DNA of 44,420 nt from Gemmatimonadota bacterium (lineage in GTDB: Bacteria; Gemmatimonadota; Gemmatimonadetes; Gemmatimonadales; GWC2-71-9), in NCBI GenBank assembly GCA_025361465.1, contig JANYAG010000341.1, forward strand, positions 1-44,420. The letters run 5' to 3'. Shown here one piece after another: positions 22,645 to 30,204 of the stretch; the first letter of the stretch is position 1, and each line of letters opens with the position of its first letter. A program made the translations under genes and the position numbers. The notes under the pieces were generated by a model, which saw nothing but the letters and a program-made list of their open reading frames with translations, ran no database searches and had not been told where the DNA came from.

Positions 22645-22718
22645 GGCTGGGTAGTTCAGATGGTTAGAACGCCACACTCATAATGTGGAAGTCGCGGGTT
22701 CGAGTCCCGCCCCAGCTA
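22645..22718 (+). tRNA. tRNA with anticodon CAT (Met, or Ile2 if lysidine-modified)
   Basis: Full 74-nt cloverleaf: acceptor ggctggg/cccagct, D arm gttc/gaac, anticodon arm ccaca-CTCATAA-tgtgg (CAT at 22679-22681), T arm gcggg-TTCGAGT-cccgc, discriminator A. CCA is not encoded. Confidence 0.9.
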
Positions 22719-22720
22719 TC

Positions 22721-22743
22721 GACCAGGGCCAGTCGCCCTGGTC
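22721..22743. terminator. 9-bp hairpin (GACCAGGGC / GCCCTGGTC) between the tRNA and a convergent gene
   Basis: Read directly. There is no U tract, so its role as a terminator is tentative. Confidence 0.4.
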
Positions 22744-22760
22744 GCCGCCGCCCCCTCTCC

Positions 22761-22970
22761 CTACGAACTACCGTTGACCTGGCCTTCCACCTGCTCCTTC
22801 GGCTCGTGGAGGACGCATCCGAAATCAGGACCAGTCACTATCCCGACACCGTTGTTCGCGTCGAACCCCTCGACGTAGCGATAGGAGAGCAGGTCGCAAA
22901 TCCTGGACTTGACGCCCTTGCTCTCGGGGTCCCACCACTTACAGGTCGCGCAGCGCGGAGCGTCGGTCAC
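22761..22970 (-). CDS. small Cys-containing protein (69 aa)
   Basis: GTG 22970 lies 4 nt after GAAGGAGG. It has an N-terminal CATCKWW motif and two further Cys. Confidence 0.55.
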   Translation of the reverse strand: MTDAPRCATCKWWDPESKGVKSRICDLLSYRYVEGFDANNGVGIVTGPDFGCVLHEPKEQVEGQVNGSS

Positions 22971-23036
22971 GTTGCCTCCTTCTGCCGTTCGATAGCCGCA
23001 ACGGTATTCGCTACTAGTTGTTCCGGGTAAACCATA

Positions 23037-23225
23037 CTATGCCTCGTCCTTAGTTCGGTTTAGGAGTTGCCGTTCGCGGTCGAGGGCGGCGGTGAGGCGC
23101 ACGATTCCAATGTCCACGATATCGCGCAGTTCCTCCTCGCCCTGAATATCTTCCAAATCATCCAACCACTCTATCACTTCCGCCACCACTTCGGCCAGAC
23201 TCTTCTCGGCGTCCGGGCGGGTCAC
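23037..23225 (-). CDS. small acidic helical protein (62 aa)
   Basis: GTG 23225 lies in a GTGA overlap with the upstream stop. The rest of the 134-aa track ORF is an Arg-rich shadow of the Ala-rich gene. Confidence 0.45.
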   Translation of the reverse strand: MTRPDAEKSLAEVVAEVIEWLDDLEDIQGEEELRDIVDIGIVRLTAALDRERQLLNRTKDEA

Positions 23226-23716
23226 TTCGCGGCCTCCGGGTCTTGTCCGGTGAGAATCCGACGCAGCGCATTGGTCTGCCACGCACGTTCGGCGGCGTGG
23301 GCGGCGTTGGCGGCGGTGGCGGCGTTGGCGGCGGTGGTGGCGAAATAGGCGGCGTTGGCGGCGTCGGCGGCGGCGTTGGCGGCGGTGGCGGCGGCATCTG
23401 CGAGCGCCACCCAGGTCGCTCCGGTCGGATCGTTGAGCCACGTGAAGATGGTTGCGATGCAGTCACGGGGGCTGCTGTCGGTCGGGCGACGGCGCTCAAA
23501 GATCGGTAGAACGTGGGCCGCACAATGCGCTGCATACGCCATGCGGAGCCGCTTGGCTTGCGACAGCCGGTCGAGCACCCACAGTGTATCGCTGAGCCCG
23601 TTGCAGTCGAGCAAGTCGGCTACTGGATGCCGTGCGTCGGCGGGATGGGCAGCACGGTACACCTTCCATCGGTTGATGCAGGGATTCAGCGCCTGAATCT
23701 CTGCCGGGGTAATCAT
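23222..23716 (-). CDS. helical protein with an Ala/Asn-rich repeat tail (164 aa)
   Basis: ATG 23716. The C-terminal sequence ...ALADAAATAANAAADAANAAYFATTAANAATAANAAHAAE... is encoded by GC-rich 18-nt tandem DNA repeats at 23291-23395. Confidence 0.55.
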   Translation of the reverse strand: MITPAEIQALNPCINRWKVYRAAHPADARHPVADLLDCNGLSDTLWVLDRLSQAKRLRMAYAAHCAAHVLPIFERRRPTDSSPRDCIATIFTWLNDPTGATWVALADAAATAANAAADAANAAYFATTAANAATAANAAHAAERAWQTNALRRILTGQDPEAAK

Positions 23717-23724
23717 TGGAATGG

Positions 23725-24072
23725 TCACTTCACCTCCGGGTTGATTTCCTGCGGGGTGATAGCCCGAAAGGGATAGCCGCCGGTCGATTCCGGGCAATAC
23801 GCATAGCACCAATCATTGAGGAACGTCCGCAACCGTTCGACCTCGGCTCGTGCCGCTGCAAGCGCGGATTCGGCTTGCTCGATGTAGCCATGCAGGAACT
23901 TCCGCTCCTCGTGGGTGAGCGATTCCTCCGCCTCCGTCCCGGCGACCGCGTAGCCGAGGTTCGACAAGAGATGTCCGACAAAAGACTTGGCCTGCTCGAT
24001 TCCCATGTTCGCGGCAATCGCCTGTTTCAGTACGAGGTCGGCGTGATCCATCGGCGTGATCGTGGGCTTCAT
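23725..24072 (-). CDS. hypothetical protein (115 aa)
   Basis: Intact ORF with an ATGA-type overlap with the upstream gene. Confidence 0.55.
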   Translation of the reverse strand: MKPTITPMDHADLVLKQAIAANMGIEQAKSFVGHLLSNLGYAVAGTEAEESLTHEERKFLHGYIEQAESALAAARAEVERLRTFLNDWCYAYCPESTGGYPFRAITPQEINPEVK

Positions 24073-24704
24073 GCGGCAGCCTCCTGCTGCTGCTGTCGTA
24101 CCCGAACCAGTGCCAACGTGCCCGCGTATCCAGCGATGTCCACTGCGTTATCCCGCTTTGCAGTGGTCATCTCTCGGCTCAACTTCACGCAGATCATCGC
24201 CAAGGGAATGTCCTCGGCCCCGAACGACTCGCCCTCCTTGAGCTTGTCGTGGAACAGGCCAGTCCACATCCCAGCCGTGCGGGTAAAGTCGTCCATCGGA
24301 TGCCCGTAGCTGCGCTGCCGGTCGTTGTAGACCAAGCGTTGCGCTTCCTCCAGCACTGTCTCGGGCTTGGGGTCCAAGGCGTAGCTTGTGAGGCGGTCCA
24401 TCGTGACAGCATCGTACAGCTCCAGGCCCAGCGCCCTCGCTACCTCGTACTCCAGTCGTGCGCCCTTGCTCTTTTCCCAGCCGGGCAGGAACGCCACGAT
24501 AGTCGCAGCGGTCAGGATTTGCTGGAGGTCGCACCGGAGGTAGTCGGCGTACGGCAGGGTGGTGTCGCCGTCGAAGTTCTCGGCCGGGTTGATGACGCGG
24601 TATTCCGCGATCCGCCACTTCTTCGCCGCCGCGTTGAACGCCGGGAAGTTCCAGTCGGGGATGCCTGTCATCGGCCCAGCGATGTAGACACATTCCGGTT
24701 TCAT
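24069..24704 (-). CDS. nucleoside 2-deoxyribosyltransferase-like (DUF4406-type) domain fused to a small helical phage domain (DUF6378-like)
   Basis: The N-terminal VYIAGPMTG...NP...GWEKSKGARLEYEVA pattern is typical of the deoxyribosyltransferase-like fold. The C-terminal half has ...RQRSYGHP...KLSR...D.AGY. Confidence 0.6.
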   Translation of the reverse strand: MKPECVYIAGPMTGIPDWNFPAFNAAAKKWRIAEYRVINPAENFDGDTTLPYADYLRCDLQQILTAATIVAFLPGWEKSKGARLEYEVARALGLELYDAVTMDRLTSYALDPKPETVLEEAQRLVYNDRQRSYGHPMDDFTRTAGMWTGLFHDKLKEGESFGAEDIPLAMICVKLSREMTTAKRDNAVDIAGYAGTLALVRVRQQQQEAAA

Positions 24705-25654
24705 GCGCCCCCCACTGCGGCCATCGAGGGTTCGCCAAAGAACACCCGGTCAGCTCGCTTGTCGATGACGAGTTGGGCATCGACGCTGCCCAGTGTCACC
24801 ATCTGCTGAATGTCGCGCTGCGTGAACTTGGTCACGCTACTCACCCGCAACACCTGAGACGGGCGGATCACTTCGATGTCGAGATAGCGGTGCTTCGGGT
24901 CGCCTGCGCCCTCGACGACGAGATCGTTCACGTTCTCGGCCGTGGCGAGGTCGTTCGCCAGCAGCTCGGTACACATCACGTCGAGCGTGCGGCTGACCTG
25001 CCCGATCAGGGACTCGGCCTTCCAGTCCGTACCCAGCACTTCGGTCTGCGCGGGTGACGTGGCGATCACCACAATCTGATCGGCGCCCAGCTCAATCGCC
25101 TTGGCGAGCGGGGCGATGTCACGAATCCCGCCGTCGTGCCACAGGTCGCCATTGATCCACGTCCCCGGCATCAGGATCGGGATGGACGCCGACGCCATGA
25201 TCCAGTCCAGTGATCCCTTCTGGCGCACCACGTCAGCGTACACAATCTGGCCCGTTCGCAGGCAGGCCGCCCCGACGAACACTTCGGCCGGGCAACGGGC
25301 GAGGTCGCCATAGTGCATCACCTCACTGACACGCTGCCGCAGCCCTGCGGTGTCCATGACGCCCGCCCAGCGGTTGCCGCCGAACCGGAGCGCCATGTCG
25401 AGCCACCCCCGCATCGACACGAACTGCCCCGGCCTCGTGACCTCATTGCGCCAGAAGTCGCCCAGCCGCCTGCCTGCGCCCTCCCATTCGCCGAACCCGG
25501 CGAACTCTGCCAGGAGCCCGGCGTTCAGTGCGCCGACGCTGATGCCAGTGATGATGTCGGGCACCCACCCGTCGCGGAGGACGGCTTCAATCGCGCCCGC
25601 TTGGTAGGCGCCCTTGATGTCTCCGCCTGCCAGTACCAATGCTCGTCTTGTCAT
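24701..25654 (-). CDS. patatin-like phospholipase
   Basis: Oxyanion motif LAGGDIKGAYQAG, nucleophile elbow GISVG (GxSxG) and catalytic Asp motif HDGG. 317 aa. Confidence 0.85.
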   Translation of the reverse strand: MTRRALVLAGGDIKGAYQAGAIEAVLRDGWVPDIITGISVGALNAGLLAEFAGFGEWEGAGRRLGDFWRNEVTRPGQFVSMRGWLDMALRFGGNRWAGVMDTAGLRQRVSEVMHYGDLARCPAEVFVGAACLRTGQIVYADVVRQKGSLDWIMASASIPILMPGTWINGDLWHDGGIRDIAPLAKAIELGADQIVVIATSPAQTEVLGTDWKAESLIGQVSRTLDVMCTELLANDLATAENVNDLVVEGAGDPKHRYLDIEVIRPSQVLRVSSVTKFTQRDIQQMVTLGSVDAQLVIDKRADRVFFGEPSMAAVGGA

Positions 25655-25687
25655 GCGTCCCCTGGTGTGTGTGGTGTGTGTTCACTG

Positions 25688-26878
25688 CTAACCGATCTTC
25701 TGCTGTGCCTCGGCCATCGAGGCGACCTTCTCCCAGTGATCTCGTTCAATGTCGGTCGGCTTGTAGACGCCGTACACGCGGGCGACCATCTGGATTGACG
25801 AGTGCCCGAGCTGGCTGGCGACCACCTGATAGGGGGTGCCTGCCTTAATGGCGCGAACGGCCCAGTAATGTCGCGCATCGTGCAGCCGGTAGTCCTTGAG
25901 CTGCAAGGCGACGATGGCCTTGTGGTGCGCCTTCGTCAGACTGTGCCGGTCCATCTTCGGGAACAGTCGAGCGGCGGGCAGCAGTGATTGGATGTGCCGC
26001 AGCAGCAGCGGCCACGCCCAGTCGGCCACTCGCACCACCCGGTCGCGGGTCGCGGTCTTGGTGCCCCGCGCCCTGATCTCCCGGCGCTCCACGTCCACGT
26101 CACTGCGAACGAGGCCGACCAGCACGCTTGCCTCGATCCCCGTGCCGTAGGCCAGTGCGACGGCCGTAGCAAACGGTTCCCGGCACGCGCCGATCACCTT
26201 CATCGCGGTTGCCGTGTCCAAGTGCAAGTCCCGTGGCGGCGCGGCGACCGGCCGCTCAAGGTCATCCTTGGCGAAGTTCCGCTCCAAGATGCCCCGCGTC
26301 TTGAGGAAGGCACAGAAACTCGACAGGGACGCCGCCGCCTTCCGTCGCGTCGAGGGGTTGAGGTCGAGGCAGTCCAGCCACTGCTGGCAGACCGGGAGTG
26401 TCAGCTTGGTTGAGGGAAACCGGATGCCCTCGGGGATCAGGCGGCGAACGTGCCGCTTGTACTCCATCGCAATCTTGACGCCCTGCCCCAGTCGTACGTC
26501 AGCCCATTCCCTCACCAGTGGGTCGAGGTCGATGACCTGGGCGGCCTGTCGAATCAGGGCGAGGTTGCCGTGCTGGAACGCCTTGTAGGCGTTCTCCCAC
26601 GGAATCGCCCCCGACTGGAGCAGGGCCAGTGTCTCGAACTGGTGATCGTCGGCCAGCCGGTCGAGCATCGAGGCCAGCTCTTGCGCCCGCTTCTTGTTGG
26701 CCGTTTGCAAGCTGACGCGAACCCACCGTCCATCGGGTTCACGCCAGCCGGAGTGCCAGTTCTTGCGGCCCTTCTGTTGGTATAGCACGGCATCCTCCGT
26801 GGTGCGTGGGACTGGTGACTGCACAGAACTATACACCACGATGGATGCCGGGGTCAAGCCCCTGTCGGTCTGGTTCAC
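25688..26878 (-). CDS. int: tyrosine recombinase / phage integrase
   Basis: 396 aa. The C-terminal catalytic region has ...RLHDARHYW...LGHSSIQMVARVYGVY (H-x-x-R, H, Y). GTG start in a GTGA overlap with recT. Confidence 0.9.
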   Translation of the reverse strand: MNQTDRGLTPASIVVYSSVQSPVPRTTEDAVLYQQKGRKNWHSGWREPDGRWVRVSLQTANKKRAQELASMLDRLADDHQFETLALLQSGAIPWENAYKAFQHGNLALIRQAAQVIDLDPLVREWADVRLGQGVKIAMEYKRHVRRLIPEGIRFPSTKLTLPVCQQWLDCLDLNPSTRRKAAASLSSFCAFLKTRGILERNFAKDDLERPVAAPPRDLHLDTATAMKVIGACREPFATAVALAYGTGIEASVLVGLVRSDVDVERREIRARGTKTATRDRVVRVADWAWPLLLRHIQSLLPAARLFPKMDRHSLTKAHHKAIVALQLKDYRLHDARHYWAVRAIKAGTPYQVVASQLGHSSIQMVARVYGVYKPTDIERDHWEKVASMAEAQQKIG

Positions 26879-27630
26879 CCGCCTGCTTCAACCACCTCGT
26901 AGTCGCCGTCCACGATGATCTCGTCGTCGAGTATCGGCGTCCGGGTGGCGGCCTGCCCAGCTTCCCGATCCACCAGCTCCAGGGCCGCTGCCAGCTCAGG
27001 GGTCATCGGCAGCACGTTGCAGAGGCGACGGATGACGGTCTTGCGCGCCATCTGCGGGTAGTCGTCCACCCACGGGCCGCTGTCGGCGGCAGCACTGCGG
27101 GCACGGATGGCGTCTACCTCGGCCTTCGTCATCCAGTCGAACAGCGAGCCGCCGCCAACCAGCTTCGCCACAGCAAAGAGCGTCAGGATCGGCCGGTCCA
27201 CGTTGGTTGTACTGGCCGGGATGTGCTTGATGGTTTCGTCTGTTCCCTGCACGACCTCGAAGCAGTCGCCCTCTCGCACGACACGACCGATGATCGACTT
27301 GACCTTGCCGCCGCGATGCACCAGCTCGATCAGTCCCTTGTACCCGACGATCAGCGTGGCCTTGCGCTTGTAGGGTACGATGTAGCAGTGGCCCAGTGGC
27401 CCGCCCAGTTCGAGGCCCAGTCGTGCCGCTTGGTACACGGCGACCAAGACTGACTTCGGGGAACACTCGTAGATGGCGGGGTTCGTGGCGGCCACCAGGT
27501 TCGCTCCGGCCACGATCTTGTCTACCGTGATGTTGCCGACCCGGTGCGCGTCGATGGACACGCGGGCCTTGTGCAGCATCAGGCCGAAACCCTTAGCGGC
27601 GGCAGCAGTGGTCGCGGGGGCGGTCATCAC
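26875..27630 (-). CDS. recT: RecT-family single-strand annealing protein
   Basis: 251 aa with ...SVLVAVYQAARLGLELGGPLGHCYIVPYK...GYKGLIEL...WMTKAEVDAIRARS...MARKTVIRRL, typical RecT blocks. It is paired with an exonuclease. Confidence 0.85.
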   Translation of the reverse strand: MMTAPATTAAAAKGFGLMLHKARVSIDAHRVGNITVDKIVAGANLVAATNPAIYECSPKSVLVAVYQAARLGLELGGPLGHCYIVPYKRKATLIVGYKGLIELVHRGGKVKSIIGRVVREGDCFEVVQGTDETIKHIPASTTNVDRPILTLFAVAKLVGGGSLFDWMTKAEVDAIRARSAAADSGPWVDDYPQMARKTVIRRLCNVLPMTPELAAALELVDREAGQAATRTPILDDEIIVDGDYEVVEAGG

Positions 27631-28703
27631 TCACCCCCGTTGTGCTTGAACGTGAACCGGCGCGAGTGACTGGCGAGTTCGGTGTGGTTGACAAGCAGTG
27701 AGTCCAGCGCCTTCCCGTCGTCGTCCCGCATCATCGACATCTCGGCGGCGATGGCCTGCCAGTCCGTCTTGGACTTGCCCTGCACGGGCGACCACTTCAC
27801 GGACCAGTCCCCAGAGGACAGACCCAGGTGCGCCCCGACCGCTTCCTTGAGGATGACTTCGCACTCGTCCCGCTCGACCTCCAGTTCCTTGATGCGGGCC
27901 TTTGTGACGTGGAGCAGGGCGGCCGTTTCGTGGAGCTGTTCAGCTTCCGGCAGCAGGCCCACCTCCAGCACATCCTCGTCGGCGGCCGGGTGGTAGTGCG
28001 CCATCTTGTCGTTGTCCGTGCCACGGGCCAGCGGCGGCACGCGAGGGAGGACGTGGTTGTTCCAGAAGTCTGCGACCTCGGTGCGGGCCAGCTCGGCCAG
28101 CTCGGCGTCCCACTGCAAATGGTAGATTCGCAGTTCGGTCCCGAAGAACAGGGCGGCCACGTCCCAGCGGCGCAGACCCGTGACCCACATTCCCCAAAGG
28201 CACTGGTAGTAGACATCGACTGGCACCTGATCGCTGCCGTCCGGCCCCCATTCCCGTGACATCCGTGACCGAACCTTGATCTCCAGGCCGAAGTGTTCTT
28301 CGAGGTCGCCGTGGTCGCCGTCTCGCGTGATGCGGGTGATGATCCGATCCGGGGTCGCCAGCTCCCAGCTTTCCTCACCGATCAGGGTAGGGGACTCCCG
28401 TAGGGTGTAGGTCGCCAGCGGGTCGCCCTCGCTGATCCGCTTGCCGTAGATGCTGGCGATGACCGGCTCCAGCGTATTGCCCCATTCCACCGCCTCCACG
28501 GAGGACAGGTCGTCCCCCGGCCCTTCCTTGACCTTCGACTCGTACACGCCCAGCGGGCTGCGGTAGGGGGCCAGTCCCATGACGGCGGCCACCTCCGATG
28601 CCCCGACGCCCATCTTCCTACGGGTGAGCTGTTCAGGTGTCAGCACTAGCGGTCCTCGGCGTGAGTGTGTATCCTGCAAGTGTGGCGGGGTGGTGCCCGC
28701 CAT
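27627..28703 (-). CDS. YqaJ/lambda-Exo-like recombination exonuclease
   Basis: 358 aa. The N-terminal ...GVGASEVAAVMGLAPYRSPLGVYESK... is the YqaJ signature. It lies upstream of recT. Confidence 0.85.
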   Translation of the reverse strand: MAGTTPPHLQDTHSRRGPLVLTPEQLTRRKMGVGASEVAAVMGLAPYRSPLGVYESKVKEGPGDDLSSVEAVEWGNTLEPVIASIYGKRISEGDPLATYTLRESPTLIGEESWELATPDRIITRITRDGDHGDLEEHFGLEIKVRSRMSREWGPDGSDQVPVDVYYQCLWGMWVTGLRRWDVAALFFGTELRIYHLQWDAELAELARTEVADFWNNHVLPRVPPLARGTDNDKMAHYHPAADEDVLEVGLLPEAEQLHETAALLHVTKARIKELEVERDECEVILKEAVGAHLGLSSGDWSVKWSPVQGKSKTDWQAIAAEMSMMRDDDGKALDSLLVNHTELASHSRRFTFKHNGGE

Positions 28704-28725
28704 GATGTCCCAAGTGTGTGTGTGG

Positions 28726-28763
28726 GCGAGCGGTCCTGGGTAACTGGGGCCGCTCGCTGTTTT
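28726..28763 (+). terminator. 8-bp hairpin (GCGAGCGG / CCGCTCGC) followed by TGTTTT
   Basis: Read directly. It is terminator-shaped only on the + strand. In minus sense it sits just upstream of the CA tract and exonuclease start. Confidence 0.35.
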
Positions 28764-28825
28764 CGGCCCCTTGACAAGATGGTTACTGGCGACAATCGTT
28801 CAGTACGGTGAGTTTGACCGTGGTG

Positions 28826-28854
28826 AATATACCACCATGATGAACTCAGCGCAA
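28826..28854 (-). promoter_or_regulatory. candidate leftward early promoter, TTGCGC-N17-TATATT
   Basis: On the minus strand the -35 is at 28854-28849 and the -10 TATATT at 28831-28826, inside the divergent region between the exonuclease operon and the CI-like gene. It overlaps an imperfect palindrome, GGTGaatataCCACC. Confidence 0.35.
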
Positions 28855-28882
28855 CAGGACGACAAGGGGGATGGGGTGACTT

Positions 28883-29416
28883 ATGACGACGCGACGGGGG
28901 GCAGAGGGCGTTCGGGTTCCGAGTGAGGCGGGGCGGCTGCGGGACGAGCGGCAGTTCTTGGTGCGGCTCCGCAGCGCCATCGACGGATCGCGGCTCTCGC
29001 AGCGGGAACTGGCCGACCGGCTCGGGTGCAACGCCAGCACCGTGACGGAGTGGTTCGCTCGCGGCTCGATGCCCAAGGGGCACATCCTGATGTACCTGCC
29101 GCGCATCCTGGGCGTGTCAGGGACATGGTTACTGTCCGGCGATGGCCCGCACGAGGCCGCCGAACACAAGGCGGGCACTAGCTCGGCCTACCTCGGTGGG
29201 GCACGGGAAGTGTTGGCCCAGGTCGAAGCCAGCCTCCAGGCGGTGCGGCGGGACTGGGAGGGACGGGTGCCCTCTACGGCACCAGCGTCGGGCGAGGATC
29301 ACGGGGCGGTGATGGATGAGATGAATCGTCACGCGGAATCACACGCGCCGGAATCAGCTCAACGGCATGGGCCGCCAACACCTCGGAAATCGCGGGCACG
29401 TCGGCGAGCGTCCTGA
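28883..29416 (+). CDS. CI/XRE-family helix-turn-helix regulator
   Basis: LSQRELADRLGCNASTVTEWFARGSMPKGHILMYLPRILGVSGTWLLSGDG is a classical HTH_XRE. The gene is divergent from the early-left operon. The last ~25 codons have low GC3 and overlap a convergent gene. Confidence 0.7.
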   Translation: MTTRRGAEGVRVPSEAGRLRDERQFLVRLRSAIDGSRLSQRELADRLGCNASTVTEWFARGSMPKGHILMYLPRILGVSGTWLLSGDGPHEAAEHKAGTSSAYLGGAREVLAQVEASLQAVRRDWEGRVPSTAPASGEDHGAVMDEMNRHAESHAPESAQRHGPPTPRKSRARRRAS

Positions 29417-29561
29417 GCAGTTGGACGGGTCGGCCCGCCGGGGACGAGCAGCGCAGGACGTCGCCGGGAAGCGCCGTGTGGGTCAGGAGCGGGACGAGTA
29501 CCCGGAAGTAGCACGGGCCAGAACAGGGCAGGTTGTGTTCCATCTTTGCACAGGCGAGCAT
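29274..29561 (-). CDS. hypothetical protein (95 aa), convergent with and overlapping the CI-like gene
   Basis: By hand count, GC3 is about 84 percent over 29543->~29410 on the minus strand. The ORF then reads on through a low-GC3 tail to the stop at 29274. Confidence 0.45.
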   Translation of the reverse strand: MLACAKMEHNLPCSGPCYFRVLVPLLTHTALPGDVLRCSSPAGRPVQLLRTLADVPAISEVLAAHAVELIPARVIPRDDSSHPSPPRDPRPTLVP

Positions 29562-29584
29562 GAGGACGGCCGCCCTTCGAGGTG

Positions 29585-29627
29585 GAGGAAATAGAAACGG
29601 GAGTAGAGCCAATCAAGCTCTACCCCC
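29585..29627 (-). terminator. intrinsic terminator after the SPFH gene
   Basis: In minus sense: ggg(g)GTAGAGC-ttgattg-GCTCTAC(t)ccc followed by GTTTCTATTTCC. Confidence 0.45.
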
Positions 29628-29678
29628 GTATGGTTGCGGTCAAGTCGTGGACTCTCCCACGGTTTGTAGTGAAACCCC

Positions 29679-30203
29679 TTACTTCAACTCCCCGAACAGT
29701 CGGTAGCCCCGCACGTTCCGCACGAAGTTGTTGAACCGCAGCCGCTCGACGTGAACCCCGTAGGCGTTGATCTCGGCGTTCACTGCTGCCGTGCAGGTCT
29801 TGAGCAGGCCGCGCCGCTTCTCCGGGTCCAGGCGCCCCACTTCGAGGTCGGCCAGGGTGTCGGCCAGCACGGCCGCCACGTCCTCCAGGGCCGTCTCATC
29901 GTACCGCTGCACGGCAGTCAGAGCGAGAACCGGGTCCGTGATCGTGAAGCTGGCCGTGGCGTTGAACGTGAGCGTGCCACCGTCCTTGGTCGTGATCGTT
30001 TGCAGCAGGGTTTCGTAGTTGTCGCGGGTGATCGGGACGGGCTTGACCTCGGGGAACCACCAGCCGGTCCAGTAGACACCCGGCTCGGTAATCCCCCGCG
30101 CCTTGCCGCACCAGTAGCGCACGCCGCGCTCGCCCGTACGCACCCGCGTGACGGGCCACACGAACGAGATGACTTCAAGGATGAACTGCGCGAAGGTCAG
30201 CAT
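29679..30203 (-). CDS. SPFH / band-7 (prohibitin-stomatin-like) domain protein
   Basis: 174 aa with an N-terminal hydrophobic anchor. The sequence ...VRTGERGVRYWCGK...PGVYW...TKDGGTLTFNATASFTITDP...AVNAEINAYGVHVERLRF... follows the SPFH pattern. Confidence 0.65.
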   Translation of the reverse strand: MLTFAQFILEVISFVWPVTRVRTGERGVRYWCGKARGITEPGVYWTGWWFPEVKPVPITRDNYETLLQTITTKDGGTLTFNATASFTITDPVLALTAVQRYDETALEDVAAVLADTLADLEVGRLDPEKRRGLLKTCTAAVNAEINAYGVHVERLRFNNFVRNVRGYRLFGELK

Positions 30204-30204
30204 A

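Noticed and set aside
28771-28799. TTGACA at 28771-28776 as the -35 of the promoter for the CI-like gene.
   Set aside because: No acceptable -10 follows at 16-18 nt; the candidates are AATCGT and ATCGTT. The promoter of the CI-like gene is therefore left unassigned.
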